Sequence record: OQ032511.1
Origin: Acinetobacter phage nACB1
Length of the DNA stretch: 64,000 nt
Direction: 5' to 3' (one strand)
Shown here: positions 31,862 to 42,003 of the stretch, one piece after another
How positions within the stretch are numbered: the stretch's first letter is position 1
How the letters are laid out: every line of letters begins with the position of its first letter
Position numbers and translations under genes: made by a program
The notes under the pieces: generated by a model
Databases searched by the model: none
What the model was told of the DNA's origin: nothing
What the model saw: the letters and a program-made list of their open reading frames with translations, nothing else

Positions 31862-32167
31862 ATGCCACAAGGTTTACAAGTATTTAATGAGAATGGAGTT
31901 CTTATAAACGATACTAATGATAGATTTCCACGCATCATGGGTAATGTTGAAACTGTTGCGGGAGTAGCAGGAGAGCAGGCTATTAGCATACCTGCGAACA
32001 CTCAACCTATATTTTTTATGGTAGGTCTAAATGCTAATTCTTATGACAGCCTACCTTATATTAGTATTACAAATACTTTACTTAAGTGGGATTATCGTCG
32101 TTATGAAATTGCTTGGGGTACTTCACCCTATGGAGCTGCAAAAATACATTGGGGGTACTACTAATGC
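31862..32167 (+). CDS. small structural-module protein (100 aa), N-terminus MPQGLQVFNENGVL
   Basis: ORF; TAATG coupling to next gene, whose N-terminus is paralogous. Confidence 0.5.
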
Positions 32168-32949
32168 CATCAGGATTAGAAGCTTATTCAGATAGTGGAA
32201 TCTTACAATTTGATTCTAACTATCCTCAGTACTCTGTGTCGAAAGTAATTACTAAACCTGTAAACAGCAATAACCCTGTAACCTATACGGCAGGGCCTTC
32301 GCATTTACTGGTAGGTGTTAATTTATCTACTGCTGTAAATGCTGCTAAAGGTTTGTGTACTATCAATACAGGTACTGTTTATGAAGGTAATAATACTTTT
32401 AGAGTTTCTATGCAGTTGGATGTTTATACTTTTGAAAACATAGCTAAGTTTATTGTATTTGAGCCTTTTAACTTATTGAATGCTCAATCTCCTGGGTCTG
32501 GGGTAGGTTTAGAAGTTTTCGACGAGAACTCTAAATTAACCTATACGACCCAAGTTCCCAACTTACGTGTTGTAGCTACACATGTTTTACCTGACCAAGT
32601 AAAAGCACAAGGTATGTTATATGGTACAGGAGCAGGTGTTATTAATGCTAATAACTATAAGTGGACTACTAACATATTCCCTGATGATATTAGTAATTAT
32701 GGTATTGCATTTGCTCAACCTAGGCTAGGTAACAGGGTTGAGTATGATGGGTCAGAGGAAGTAATTACATTACATGACTCTGCTAAATTTAGTATCAATA
32801 GTTCTGGTTATCTTGAAGTATTATTTAGTGCTGCTGAAGGTTCAGCAACTTCTTATGGTGCTCCTTATAATGCTACAAACATTTGGGTATCTCATGGTGT
32901 ACAGATTGCCTATGTTATTGATGTAAGGGCTATAAGGCATTTACTTTAA
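32166..32949 (+). CDS. structural-module protein (261 aa), N-terminus MPSGLEAYSDSGIL
   Basis: Start ATG overlaps previous stop (TAATG); same MP.GL....G.L N-terminus as 31862 gene. Confidence 0.5.
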
Positions 32950-32960
32950 TTTAATTAACA

Positions 32961-32988
32961 AAGCCCCATAAAGGGGCTTTATTTTATA
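32961..32988 (+). terminator. intrinsic terminator after fibre sub-module
   Basis: aagcccc-ataaa-ggggctt-tattttat. Confidence 0.6.
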
Positions 32989-33178
32989 TTGCTACTGTTA
33001 CTTCGTCTTTGGGTACTTCTACCAGTTTGATGTTATAACCATCTATATCAGAATAAGATAAGACAAACTCACTAATACTAACATTTTTGTTAAATTCACG
33101 AGCTTCTTTAACGTTAACGAAATCATTAAGTAACTTGATGTGGTCTACTGGCATACCGCGTTGAACTGTGTCAGTCAT
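32984..33178 (-). CDS. questionable small ORF (64 aa) antisense between plus-strand modules
   Basis: Only a reading frame; no RBS examined. Confidence 0.25.
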   Translation of the reverse strand: MTDTVQRGMPVDHIKLLNDFVNVKEAREFNKNVSISEFVLSYSDIDGYNIKLVEVPKDEVTVAI

Positions 33179-33249
33179 GGACTGTATCCTTTAAATAAAT
33201 ATAAGAGTCTGCAATAATACCTCATCTCTAATGATCAAGGATACCTAAC

Positions 33250-33837
33250 ATGGGTAAATTTATTACTGCTGCTGAGATAGCAGCTAAAGCTAAAGAGTAT
33301 GGTATTGAAGAAGCAGCTCTAAAGGCTGTTATGGAAGTTGAGTGTAAAGGTCATGGTTTTAATAGTGATGGTACACCAGTTATATTATTTGAACGTCATA
33401 AGTTCTATCAAGGACTTATTGCTATTAAATGGATAACTAAAGCTAAAGAATGGTATAAAGCCTATCCTGATATTTGTAATCCTAACTGGGGAGGTTATGG
33501 CAAAGAATCTGCTCAACATGGAAGACTACAACGAGCAGCTGCTCTTAATCGTGATGTAGCTCTCGAATCAGCGTCTTGGGGTTTAGGACAAGTGTTAGGT
33601 AGTAATTGGAAATCACTTGGCTATACGAGCTTACAGGCGTTCATAAACGCTATGTATCAAGACGAGGTATCACAACTTGACGCTATGTGCCGCTTCATTA
33701 AAGTGAATGGTTTAATCAAGCATATCCAAGCTAAAGATTGGGCAGCATTTGCATTCAATTATAATGGGCCTAAGTATAAGGCTAATGACTATGATACTAA
33801 ATTAGCTGCAGCTTATAAGAAGCATTCAGGAGAGTAA
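33250..33837 (+). CDS. endolysin, N-acetylmuramidase family (N4 gp61-like)
   Basis: 195 aa; GHGFNSDGTPVILFERHKFYQ resembles phage muramidase (DUF3380-type) core; followed by spanin genes. Confidence 0.55.
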   Translation: MGKFITAAEIAAKAKEYGIEEAALKAVMEVECKGHGFNSDGTPVILFERHKFYQGLIAIKWITKAKEWYKAYPDICNPNWGGYGKESAQHGRLQRAAALNRDVALESASWGLGQVLGSNWKSLGYTSLQAFINAMYQDEVSQLDAMCRFIKVNGLIKHIQAKDWAAFAFNYNGPKYKANDYDTKLAAAYKKHSGE

Positions 33838-33838
33838 T

Positions 33839-34234
33839 ATGTACTGGAAGGTTTATACAAAGATTGCCCCTTTGTTGATGCCATTCTTCATATTAACTAC
33901 TGTTGTCTTTGGTTCCATTGCTTTATACCGAGGGGAGATAATCCTAGGGTTACAAGCTCAGTTAATCAAAGACCAAACCAAAGAAGTTAAAGTGATTATT
34001 GAGCAGCAGCAAGCAAGTACTGAAATCAGTAAACAATACGAAGAGCGTAAAGCTCAGCGTGAACAAGATAGGATAGTGAACAATGTTCAAATTGAAAAAG
34101 TTATCAGTGAGTCTGATAACAGCAGTGTATGTTTTGATGATGCTTGGTTGTACCAACTCAATAATCAAATCATCTCCTTTAATAGTTCCAGCGAACCTGT
34201 CTCAACCATGCCCACAGATACAGGAGCTAACTGA
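33839..34234 (+). CDS. i-spanin (Rz-like)
   Basis: N-terminal TM (LLMPFFILTTVVFGSIALY) then coiled-coil periplasmic region; overlaps o-spanin ORF. Confidence 0.55.
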   Translation: MYWKVYTKIAPLLMPFFILTTVVFGSIALYRGEIILGLQAQLIKDQTKEVKVIIEQQQASTEISKQYEERKAQREQDRIVNNVQIEKVISESDNSSVCFDDAWLYQLNNQIISFNSSSEPVSTMPTDTGAN

Positions 34235-34364
34235 TGGAAAAAATAGCACAGTTCTTAGATGGTCTAATGATCTTCTTCTGCAGTACAGCGACTGTATGGA
34301 TAGGCATCAAAGCACTATTCGCATTGTTGATGACTACAATAGGAGGCTTTTAAATGCCAACTAA
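34083..34364 (+). CDS. o-spanin (Rz1-like lipoprotein), partly embedded in i-spanin gene in another frame
   Basis: MFKLKKLSVSLITAVYVLMMLGC lipobox; Pro/Cys-rich mature part. Confidence 0.55.
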   Translation: MFKLKKLSVSLITAVYVLMMLGCTNSIIKSSPLIVPANLSQPCPQIQELTDGKNSTVLRWSNDLLLQYSDCMDRHQSTIRIVDDYNRRLLNAN

Positions 34365-34932
34365 TTTAAGTCAGTGGGAGCGTGAACGCTTTGTCTATGG
34401 TGATGCAGCAGGAGATGGTAAAGGAGACTTCTTACGCGTTCATGCTATTAAAGCAGAGCATGCAGACAATCTCTTATTCTCTTGGCTTAGTGGTGGAGCA
34501 AGTGAAGTACGTTTACCTGATGCACTTCCTATAAGTCGTGGTGGTACAGGTTCTGCTACTGTAGCAGGTACTATTCGTAACCTTGGGTACTTTGAAGATA
34601 CTAACCATGTCTTACGACGTGGAACTAAAGTATTAACGTTAGCTGATACAGGTATCTTAGACCGCTTTCAAAACTTACCTAATGCTACGTTTACTAAGCG
34701 TGCTACAGGTGAGTATGTATTGAAAGGTGTTGAACTAGACACTAAGTTGTTTGGTATGGTTTTCCCTATAACTAATCTAAACCAGTTACGTTATATTGCT
34801 ACTACTGCTTTAGGTGCTGTAGGTGAGACTATTATCAAAGTCTTTGTAGCTAACAATGCTACTAATCCTCCTAGTCCTGGAGCTGCTGTAGACTTACCTA
34901 CAGGTGTCTACATAGACATAGAATGTAAATAA
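34354..34932 (+). CDS. hypothetical protein (192 aa), last gene of plus-strand module
   Basis: ORF followed by strong terminator. Confidence 0.45.
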   Translation: MPTNLSQWERERFVYGDAAGDGKGDFLRVHAIKAEHADNLLFSWLSGGASEVRLPDALPISRGGTGSATVAGTIRNLGYFEDTNHVLRRGTKVLTLADTGILDRFQNLPNATFTKRATGEYVLKGVELDTKLFGMVFPITNLNQLRYIATTALGAVGETIIKVFVANNATNPPSPGAAVDLPTGVYIDIECK

Positions 34933-34963
34933 AAATAGCCCTCTTTTGAGGGCTTATTTTTTA
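34930..34963. terminator. bidirectional intrinsic terminator at convergence point
   Basis: aaaaa-tagccctc-tttt-gagggct-tatttttt. Confidence 0.7.
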
Positions 34964-35020
34964 TGGGATGTTACTGATCGCAAATACAATTGCTAAAAAT
35001 ACAAGTAGGTAAACCATAGT

Positions 35021-35695
35021 TTACTCCATCGCATTGATTAACCATTTAGACCAATCTTCAAACTCATTCCAATTGGCTTTGAGTTCATCAACAGACATCC
35101 ACTTGAAATTACAGAACTCAGCAGGGTCAAGATTCAGGCTAGATTCTTTATAACCTGCTTGAGCAAGTTTTAATAACAATGGGATACCTACATGACGACA
35201 TGAAGTAGCATTAGTATATGACTGAATAATACGATTAGCTCGATATGTAAAGTCATCTATACTACCTAATGCACCAAACTCACGTGGGTCAATACCAAGC
35301 TCTTCTTGAAGTTCTCGGATAGCACCTGCGTAAACTAAGGTAGCCAATGGAGGATAATCTTCATCAGTATGTAATTTAACATCATACAAATCTTCTTGGC
35401 TTACATGTCCACCTATACCAATAGACCATTGTCCAAATAGACCTGCTTCTTTTCCTTTACGTTGGTAAGCTAAGTATTTACCTGCTTCATTCATGATCTG
35501 GAAGTAACCAAGAATTTGAGGAAATGCAAAGCCTACAGCATCAGCAGTACCTGCATGCTCTTGTTTACTATCCACAATATCACGAGGTAATAATGCATAT
35601 GCTGTCTGATCAATATCATCAAAAGAAAATGGAATAACACCTAAGTCAGTGTTACCTAATTCTTTTCGATGGATAGCTATAACTAATTCGCTCAT
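35021..35695 (-). CDS. Nudix hydrolase
   Basis: Nudix box GIGGHVSQEDL...AGAIRELQEELGI (RE..EE.GI). Confidence 0.55.
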   Translation of the reverse strand: MSELVIAIHRKELGNTDLGVIPFSFDDIDQTAYALLPRDIVDSKQEHAGTADAVGFAFPQILGYFQIMNEAGKYLAYQRKGKEAGLFGQWSIGIGGHVSQEDLYDVKLHTDEDYPPLATLVYAGAIRELQEELGIDPREFGALGSIDDFTYRANRIIQSYTNATSCRHVGIPLLLKLAQAGYKESSLNLDPAEFCNFKWMSVDELKANWNEFEDWSKWLINAME

Positions 35696-36063
35696 TTCTT
35701 CGCTCGCTTTTTGTATAAAGACTTTCCAAAGATACGGACGTTATTTAAGTAGAAATCTACTTCATGTTTACGCCAAGCTTTTTTAAAGTCTTCAGTAGAT
35801 GTTAAGGTGTGAATTTTATATTCACGTTGGGATGAACAGTCTTTATGTGTCCATGACATGATGATGTGTGTGTCATTAACATTTACACCACGTTCAATAG
35901 TGTGGTTCTTAAATAAAGGTAAACAAGGTGGTATTTTTAGATCATCAATTGTTAATGCCTTTGGTTTAGGGTCTTTACGTACTAATAACGTAAGTAATCC
36001 TGCTAATAAAGCCATAGATAGCCCTATAAGAATCCCTACTAATAATTCAAGTGTCATTGTCAT
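35692..36063 (-). CDS. membrane protein (N-terminal TM)
   Basis: MTMTLELLVGILIGLSMALLAGLLTLLV. Confidence 0.45.
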   Translation of the reverse strand: MTMTLELLVGILIGLSMALLAGLLTLLVRKDPKPKALTIDDLKIPPCLPLFKNHTIERGVNVNDTHIIMSWTHKDCSSQREYKIHTLTSTEDFKKAWRKHEVDFYLNNVRIFGKSLYKKRAKK

Positions 36064-36123
36064 TCCTTAGCACGAACAGCAGCCAGTAAGCGTAAGCTTA
36101 CGTTAGCTGCGGTGTGAGTGCGG

Positions 36124-36489
36124 TTAATATTTAATAATGAGTTCGTGGTTGATACTGTAAGAATCACACATCATCTCAAGATAATGTTTGATGTGAGCTA
36201 CAGCAACATTGGTAGGATGTTTGTGATACACAGCAGCTACAAGAGCTGACGTTTGAGAGTTCAGTTTAATGAACGCATGTAAGCCAATAGGCTCTATGAA
36301 TACTTCTTGTGGTTTAGTTAAATCACGCCAAGTCTTACGTTCTACATCACCCTCTGCAAGATCACGTACACATTCCCATACACGACCAATCTGATGTTCA
36401 AGTGTTGGTTTGATACCTGAGTTTACAGCATGAGCTAACATGCCCATGTTGTTAAGTAAGTTACTTACTTTAATTACTTGGTTTTCCAT
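36124..36489 (-). CDS. hypothetical protein (121 aa)
   Basis: ORF. Confidence 0.45.
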   Translation of the reverse strand: MENQVIKVSNLLNNMGMLAHAVNSGIKPTLEHQIGRVWECVRDLAEGDVERKTWRDLTKPQEVFIEPIGLHAFIKLNSQTSALVAAVYHKHPTNVAVAHIKHYLEMMCDSYSINHELIIKY

Positions 36490-36814
36490 TGTGATCCTCT
36501 GCGATTATCTTAAGTAATTTAACTTGCGCTGCAATAGAAGCAGCTATCACAGAATCGTGCGAAGCAACGAGTTCAGTTTGCGTATAGTATTGTCCATACG
36601 CTTTTGCAGAAGCATGTACATACATACCAGTACGTACGACTTTAAGTTCAGTAACGTAAGGTGGTACAACTAACTTAGGTGGTTTACCTATTGCTTTGTC
36701 TAACAGCCAACTTAATAAAGTCCATAAGAGCTTTATCATAATTACTGCGTACACAACACCTAAGGTGAAGAAGAATCCAACGGAAGTAATCCATGCATAT
36801 TCAGGAAAGATCAT
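36470..36814 (-). CDS. membrane protein (114 aa)
   Basis: Hydrophobic N-terminus FFFTLGVVYAVIMIKLLWTLLSWLL. Confidence 0.45.
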   Translation of the reverse strand: MIFPEYAWITSVGFFFTLGVVYAVIMIKLLWTLLSWLLDKAIGKPPKLVVPPYVTELKVVRTGMYVHASAKAYGQYYTQTELVASHDSVIAASIAAQVKLLKIIAEDHNGKPSN

Positions 36815-37419
36815 GAGTGAAGTCCTAGTACTAATTTACCTCGTTCAATCAAGTCTGTGCATTCACGAGGTATAATAATTTTCTTAACTGTTATACGAGG
36901 GTCTAACATTAAGGATAAGTAACATTGATTGAATGTCTCAATCATGTCAGGGTCTGCAGCAGCAGAAGTAGGTGACTCCCCTAATGGAATCCCTGGTTGA
37001 ACTAACGCAACCACATCGTAGAATTTGTTGGTCAGGTCTATACATTCTTCAGTGTACTCTTGCATCCATTCTTGATCTGCTTCTGTTGGTTCCTTAGGGA
37101 ATGACCACATAGCATAACCAATAAGGTCTAGCGGAGTACGATCAGAGAATATATTCATAATGTCTCTGGTCATATGTTGAGGAAATACACGTTTGTTAAT
37201 ATCTACAAGTTTCTGATCAAACAAGTCAAGTAAACACTCTTGTATATGCTTTCGCGTGTGCCAAGGATAGTCTTGTTTAGCTGATGAGTAACCTATTGAG
37301 TGTTGCATCACAGAGATGCCAATAGGCATATACTCACCGCGTAAAGTGCAAGCAAGTGTCTCAGCTAAAGTGGATTTACCTACACGGTGCGCACCTACTA
37401 AACCATGTAGATTAATCAT
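36811..37419 (-). CDS. P-loop nucleotide kinase (putative dNMP kinase)
   Basis: Walker A GAHRVGKSTLAE at N-terminus, 202 aa. Confidence 0.45.
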   Translation of the reverse strand: MINLHGLVGAHRVGKSTLAETLACTLRGEYMPIGISVMQHSIGYSSAKQDYPWHTRKHIQECLLDLFDQKLVDINKRVFPQHMTRDIMNIFSDRTPLDLIGYAMWSFPKEPTEADQEWMQEYTEECIDLTNKFYDVVALVQPGIPLGESPTSAAADPDMIETFNQCYLSLMLDPRITVKKIIIPRECTDLIERGKLVLGLHS

Positions 37420-37727
37420 AGGATACCCTTCTTCTCTAAGAATGTAGTTGCCACAATGTTAGGCTGCATTAAGTAGTCAGTAACATCAATGTTTGGGTCT
37501 TCAGCTATACGAGCTTCTACACACTGACCAATGGCACGACCTAACATAAACAATGTCATTGAGTCATCTTCGGTGTGCCCTCCTACATACATTTTACTGT
37601 CTGTAACAGTAATAAGAATTGAGTTGTCTGCTTCAAGAATACACTTGATCATACCTACTATTTCATTACGCTTATTGATTACGTTGCGAAGTAATCCAAC
37701 TGTTTTAGTGATCATAACGATCTCCAT
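37416..37727 (-). CDS. hypothetical protein (103 aa)
   Basis: ORF. Confidence 0.45.
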   Translation of the reverse strand: MEIVMITKTVGLLRNVINKRNEIVGMIKCILEADNSILITVTDSKMYVGGHTEDDSMTLFMLGRAIGQCVEARIAEDPNIDVTDYLMQPNIVATTFLEKKGIL

Positions 37728-37749
37728 AATAAAAGGAGCCTAAGCTCCT
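37726..37749 (-). terminator. intrinsic terminator
   Basis: aggagc-ctaa-gctcct; minus-strand T-run ttttatta. Confidence 0.5.
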
Positions 37750-37753
37750 TGGT

Positions 37754-38155
37754 TTAACTCTTAAGAGCTGTACTAACACGCTCCTCTAAATACATGACAA
37801 GCCTACTACTCATGTGCACACAGGTTGCAGCAAATACAGCTTTAGTTATGAAAGCAGGTAACAATGTTGAAATCTGCGGATATAACTCAAGTGCAAACAT
37901 GAAGGCTAGTAAACACATCATAACTTCGTGGCTTATCCACAGTTTGCTGATGGTTCCTCTTTTCCTCATTACTTTGCGTACTATAGATACGTAGGCTGTA
38001 ACACAAGACATTAATACGGCTACCATGAAAGACAATACATCTGGGTCTACATGGCTCATAGAACACTCCCTAACTAGACTAAGGTGTATTCTATGGAAGT
38101 TTGTCACGCAAATCCAACCTATATAGTATGTAATGAAACTATATGATATTATCAA
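37754..38155 (-). CDS. multi-TM membrane protein (133 aa)
   Basis: Several hydrophobic segments. Confidence 0.4.
   Translation of the reverse strand: MIISYSFITYYIGWICVTNFHRIHLSLVRECSMSHVDPDVLSFMVAVLMSCVTAYVSIVRKVMRKRGTISKLWISHEVMMCLLAFMFALELYPQISTLLPAFITKAVFAATCVHMSSRLVMYLEERVSTALKS
38101..38129 (+). promoter_or_regulatory. sigma70-like promoter TTGTCA-N17-TAGTAT for isolated plus-strand gene
   Basis: -35 TTGTCA 38101..38106, -10 TAGTAT 38124..38129; ~55 nt upstream of ATG 38188. Confidence 0.4.
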
Positions 38156-38187
38156 GCCTTCTAAAAACCCTATATAGGATATTTAAT

Positions 38188-38511
38188 ATGCCAGTTGATC
38201 AAGATGGTAACATCACAACTACCCCTTCAGTTAATGTCAAGACATGGCATGACGTTGTAACCACTGATGGTAAAGACGGTATTGCTCTTCAAGTTGGTGG
38301 TATGGCTCGTACCCCTCAAGACACTGGTGGTGGTCTCGAATTAGGTGCAGGCACTGCTTATGTACTCCCTGCTGCAACAACTGCTGCAATTGGTGGTGTT
38401 AAGAAAACCCCTACTATTGCTGCTTTAGCAGGTGGTGCAGATGCTGCAGCTATCGTAACAACTGTCAATGATTTGATTGCCAAGTTAAAGACAGCGGGTA
38501 TTGTTTCCTAA
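38188..38511 (+). CDS. small Gly/Ala/Thr-rich protein (107 aa), lone plus-strand gene inside minus-strand block
   Basis: MPVDQDGNITTTPSVNV...; own promoter-like element and terminator. Confidence 0.45.
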   Translation: MPVDQDGNITTTPSVNVKTWHDVVTTDGKDGIALQVGGMARTPQDTGGGLELGAGTAYVLPAATTAAIGGVKKTPTIAALAGGADAAAIVTTVNDLIAKLKTAGIVS

Positions 38512-38527
38512 TAGTACTCAATAAGAT

Positions 38528-38556
38528 AAGGCAGCCTAGGCTGCCTTTTTCTTTTC
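38528..38556. terminator. convergent terminator; DNAP stop codon lies in its loop
   Basis: aggcagc-ctag-gctgcct-tttttctttt. Confidence 0.6.
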
Positions 38557-39167
38557 ATGATATTTCTTCATTGCAGCATCTACTACATCACAGAGTTCAA
38601 CTTTAGTAGCTGTTCTTGGTAATGTAATACCATGAGACCAGTTAGGATAGAACAAGTCTAAGTCACCTCCAAGTTTCACTTCGTCGTGAGCAATCTCAGG
38701 TAAGTCTTGCCATTCCATCTCTTTGGTGAGATGTCTATTAACCCATTCAACAACTTCAAGTTCGTTACTAATAACGAGATAAATTGCATCATGAATTAAT
38801 GCTACTGGCATAATCTTAAGTCTGTAAGGTGATGCCCAAACTTTCTCCATGAATGCTACTGCAGCTCGGTTATTCAATAAGCCATATGATTGGCCCATAG
38901 CATTACCTGCTGTACGCATCTCTGCTTTAGCTTCATTAGAAGTAAACTTATTACCTAAGATGGTTTTCTTGAGTAATGGTGTACGTAACTTCAAACCAAA
39001 GGCTAAAGTAACATACCCTAATTTACAGGCTTCTTCTTCAATACGTTTCATAATGAAGTCATCACTGACTACATAAAGCTTGTGATACATCTCCTCAATA
39101 GCTTTCGCTACCTCAGGTGCAAAACCACAGTTCTTAACTAACGTAGACCATGTGCCCATATATGTTA
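38536..39167 (-). CDS. DNA polymerase (family A) exon 2
   Basis: Frame open upstream of annotated Met to 39189; begins (L)TYMGTW completing motif B (..FA|LTYMG vs Pol I ..FG-LIYG); contains motif C-like IHDAIY. Confidence 0.65.
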
Positions 39168-40010
39168 CATTTATGTTCAGGATAGTTCGTTAGGCTACCC
39201 CCGCTTTGTTCAAGCTGCTGTATGTCACCATACAGATCAGACTATATCATCATCCTTTCGGATGCCTTGCGCTTCCACTCACTTGAGTGTACGAGCTATC
39301 GCTCTAGTCGTTGAACCTTACTTGCATTCACTACTGCTAATACTTTCCTATTACGCTCTGCTCTTTGTTGCTTTAAAGCTTCATCAAGTTGAGCTTCTAA
39401 TCCTACCTCTTTAGCTATCTTACGAAGCTTTGTAGATAAGAATGGTACTTTATAAGGGACACGTTCAGCTAATGCTGCGTATGTCTCACCACCAAGCACA
39501 CTATGCAAGCAATCAATAAATTCTTGCTTAGTAAGTCTGTTGGTGTAAGCACGTAAACCTGCTTGTACCGCATGTTGTGAGTTTCCTACGCTATCGACCC
39601 ACTCTAAGTTAGAGTAATGGTTGTTAAGCTTATTACCATCCTTATGATTTACTTCAGGTAAACCGTGTGGATTACTCACAAATGCTTGTGCTACAAGCCT
39701 GTGTACATAGAAAGTTTCTGGTTTGTTATTCTTCCAAAGTTGTACAGTTAAATACTCTACATCCTTATGAGGATACAAACCTAAGTAATCTTCTTTGTGA
39801 TTACTGTATATGAGTCCTGATTCAGTTACTGAGTAGTTCTCATAATTTTTAATAGCTAGTGTGTTCATAAGCATCTCCTATATTTGCTATGGTGTATCTT
39901 AATAGCAAAAGTAGGTGAATGCAAGTCTTGGCTGCTGATTGTCTCATTGAGATGTCCCAGCAATTCACAAGGTTTTCATTACGTATTTCTACGTAATGGC
40001 GCAAACATTT
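39168..40010 (-). mobile_element. group I-like intron (~843 nt) with HNH homing endonuclease, splitting DNAP motif B
   Basis: Exon 1 ...KAPTFA then in-frame TAA; joining exon-1 terminal T (40011) to TA of exon 2 (39167) gives TTA=Leu and restores KAPTFALTYMG; 5' exon ends in U, intron ends in G; a P1 pairing (exon gcgu / intron gcgc) is possible. Confidence 0.6.
39296..39874 (-). CDS. intron-encoded HNH homing endonuclease (NUMOD4-like + HNH_3)
   Basis: YSVTESGLIYS N-terminal motif; VNHKDGNKLNNHYSNLEW HNH core. Confidence 0.65.
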   Translation of the reverse strand: MLMNTLAIKNYENYSVTESGLIYSNHKEDYLGLYPHKDVEYLTVQLWKNNKPETFYVHRLVAQAFVSNPHGLPEVNHKDGNKLNNHYSNLEWVDSVGNSQHAVQAGLRAYTNRLTKQEFIDCLHSVLGGETYAALAERVPYKVPFLSTKLRKIAKEVGLEAQLDEALKQQRAERNRKVLAVVNASKVQRLER

Positions 40011-42003
40011 ACGCAAATGTAGGTGCTTTACTGTCCTGACGCTCAGTTGGATACTTATCTTCAATACTGTTGATAGAGTCAACAGAAGTAGGATCAATGT
40101 CTGGCATACGATCACCAAAGTAAGCATAAGCACGTAGACAGTGACCATCATAACCATCTGTATAAACCTTGAGTTTCTCAGGGTCTTTAGTGGTTAATGC
40201 TGAGATACGATCTTCTAATGATGCAAAGTCTGCACCACAGAAAATACTGCCATAAGCTGCTGCAAAGCATGACTTAATTAGCTTACCTAAATCTCCGCCT
40301 GCAGGCAGGTTTTGAAGATTAGGATCACTGGATGAAAGTCTGCCTGACTTAGTTCCTCCAATATTGAATGAACCATGTAGGTAAGCCATACCATCAGCTT
40401 TAAGCCATGCATCTTCAAACGCAGGGATAAACCCAGTTAGAATCTTCACAAGCTTGGTGTACTTATGGAGAGCTTCCATGACCTCTAATTTCTCAGGGTC
40501 ATTTGTATGCTTACGTAAAGCCTTAATGACTTTACCTCCAGTTGCTCGCTCACCTGAATCAGTCCACTCAATGACTGGCATTTCCATAACGTCGTATAAC
40601 AGTACAGCTAGTTGCTGACCGCTATTAAAGTTCAATGGTTCATTAAACTCATGACGCTCTACAACCTTCTTCTTTAAAGAAGCTTGTTTGTCTTTCCATG
40701 CCTTAGTCTGAAGCTTGTCAGTAGCTTCTTGGACATACGCATTACATTCCATGATCTGAACATAACTGTCTGATTCAGCTTGTAGCTGTGCTTTAACTTC
40801 CTGAACACGTTCAGGTATCAAAGGTAAACCATGACATTCAATCTGAATAATCATCCGTAAAGATGGGATCATCAAATTGTTATAAATATCTAGTTGTTCC
40901 TCAGCTACCATAATTGGATAGTAAGTCTCATACACATAGTTTGTACTAAGTACATCTACTAAGTTGTATCGTAAGATTTGTTCAGCAGGGATACGACGAA
41001 TGTCTTTAATGTCATCTTCTGCCCAGTTACCTGCAAATGGTTGTGCAAGTACTTTAAGCCCATACAGCGTTTGAGCTGTCTGGTTTAAACTGAGATATGC
41101 AATGATCTTGGTATCATCAAAGCAACGTGTCAGAACTTTTAGTCCTGTTAACATACCTTCCCAATCAAGAGGATGTTTCATCCATAAAGAATGAATCAAA
41201 CACTTGAAGTCATATGAAGCATTATGAGCTATCAGCTTACCGCGATAACCTTCAAAGAACTTACGTAGCAATTCCTTAGTTTTAGTTGCTTCAGCGCGTA
41301 CGCCGTAGTAACCATCCTCAGGAACAATTGGCTGATACTCTACAAAGAAAGCACAGCCTGTATGTTTAGACTCTGCAAATGCAATAGTACCTAAACCTGC
41401 ATCACGTAGGTTCAACGAGAATGCTTCAATATCTACAGCTAATTGAGGTTGGTTTGACAAGAATGCCAATTCCTTTTTCAATGCAGATACTGAGTTGGGA
41501 TAACGCTCTTCATGGATAATGTCAGAGCCAATCTCTACATAGCTACCATGGTAATGAGTTGTTAAGGCTTGAAGACTGAGATCAATCTTCTCCTTTTGGT
41601 TTGGGTTATGAAACAATGCACCGTAACCTAATGAATAGATCACGTACATATCTTCAAACCCTGGGATACCACATTCACTGACATAACCTAAGTTAACGTC
41701 AGCTTTACGTTCTTTGGCTAAGACTTTGTAATAAGCAGAATCAGCTACAAATAAGTATTTGATACCTGCTCGTTTATAGTCATCTAACCAATCAGCAATA
41801 TATTCTTTAATGAGTGTTACAGGTGCTTTACCTGCACGTGTATAGTCTAAGCTCATCGCTACGATTTCTTCACGTGGGATACCTGCATCAACCATAGGCT
41901 GAACATAGTACTGAATTAATTGTTGCTCTTTAAAAGCAGATTCCTTGATGAGAATACCAATTTTTGGGGTAGTGTCCCCATCAACGAACTTTAGTGTCTT
42001 CAC
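40011..42003 (-). CDS. DNA polymerase (family A) exon 1: 3'-5' exonuclease + polymerase motif A, start of motif B
   Basis: Exo motif LAVDIEAFSLN; motif A GADFASLEDRISA (DYSQIELR-like); ends RQDSKAPTFA* inside motif B. Confidence 0.65.

Noticed and set aside
36085-36105. 12-nt perfect palindrome cgtaagcttacg as a regulatory site
   Set aside because: Single occurrence, contains a HindIII-like core, no flanking promoter or terminator features; likely incidental
39849-40157. 102-aa ORF overlapping the DNAP exon-1 / intron boundary
   Set aside because: Different frame across the splice region, hydrophobic low-complexity product; explained by the intron/HEG arrangement
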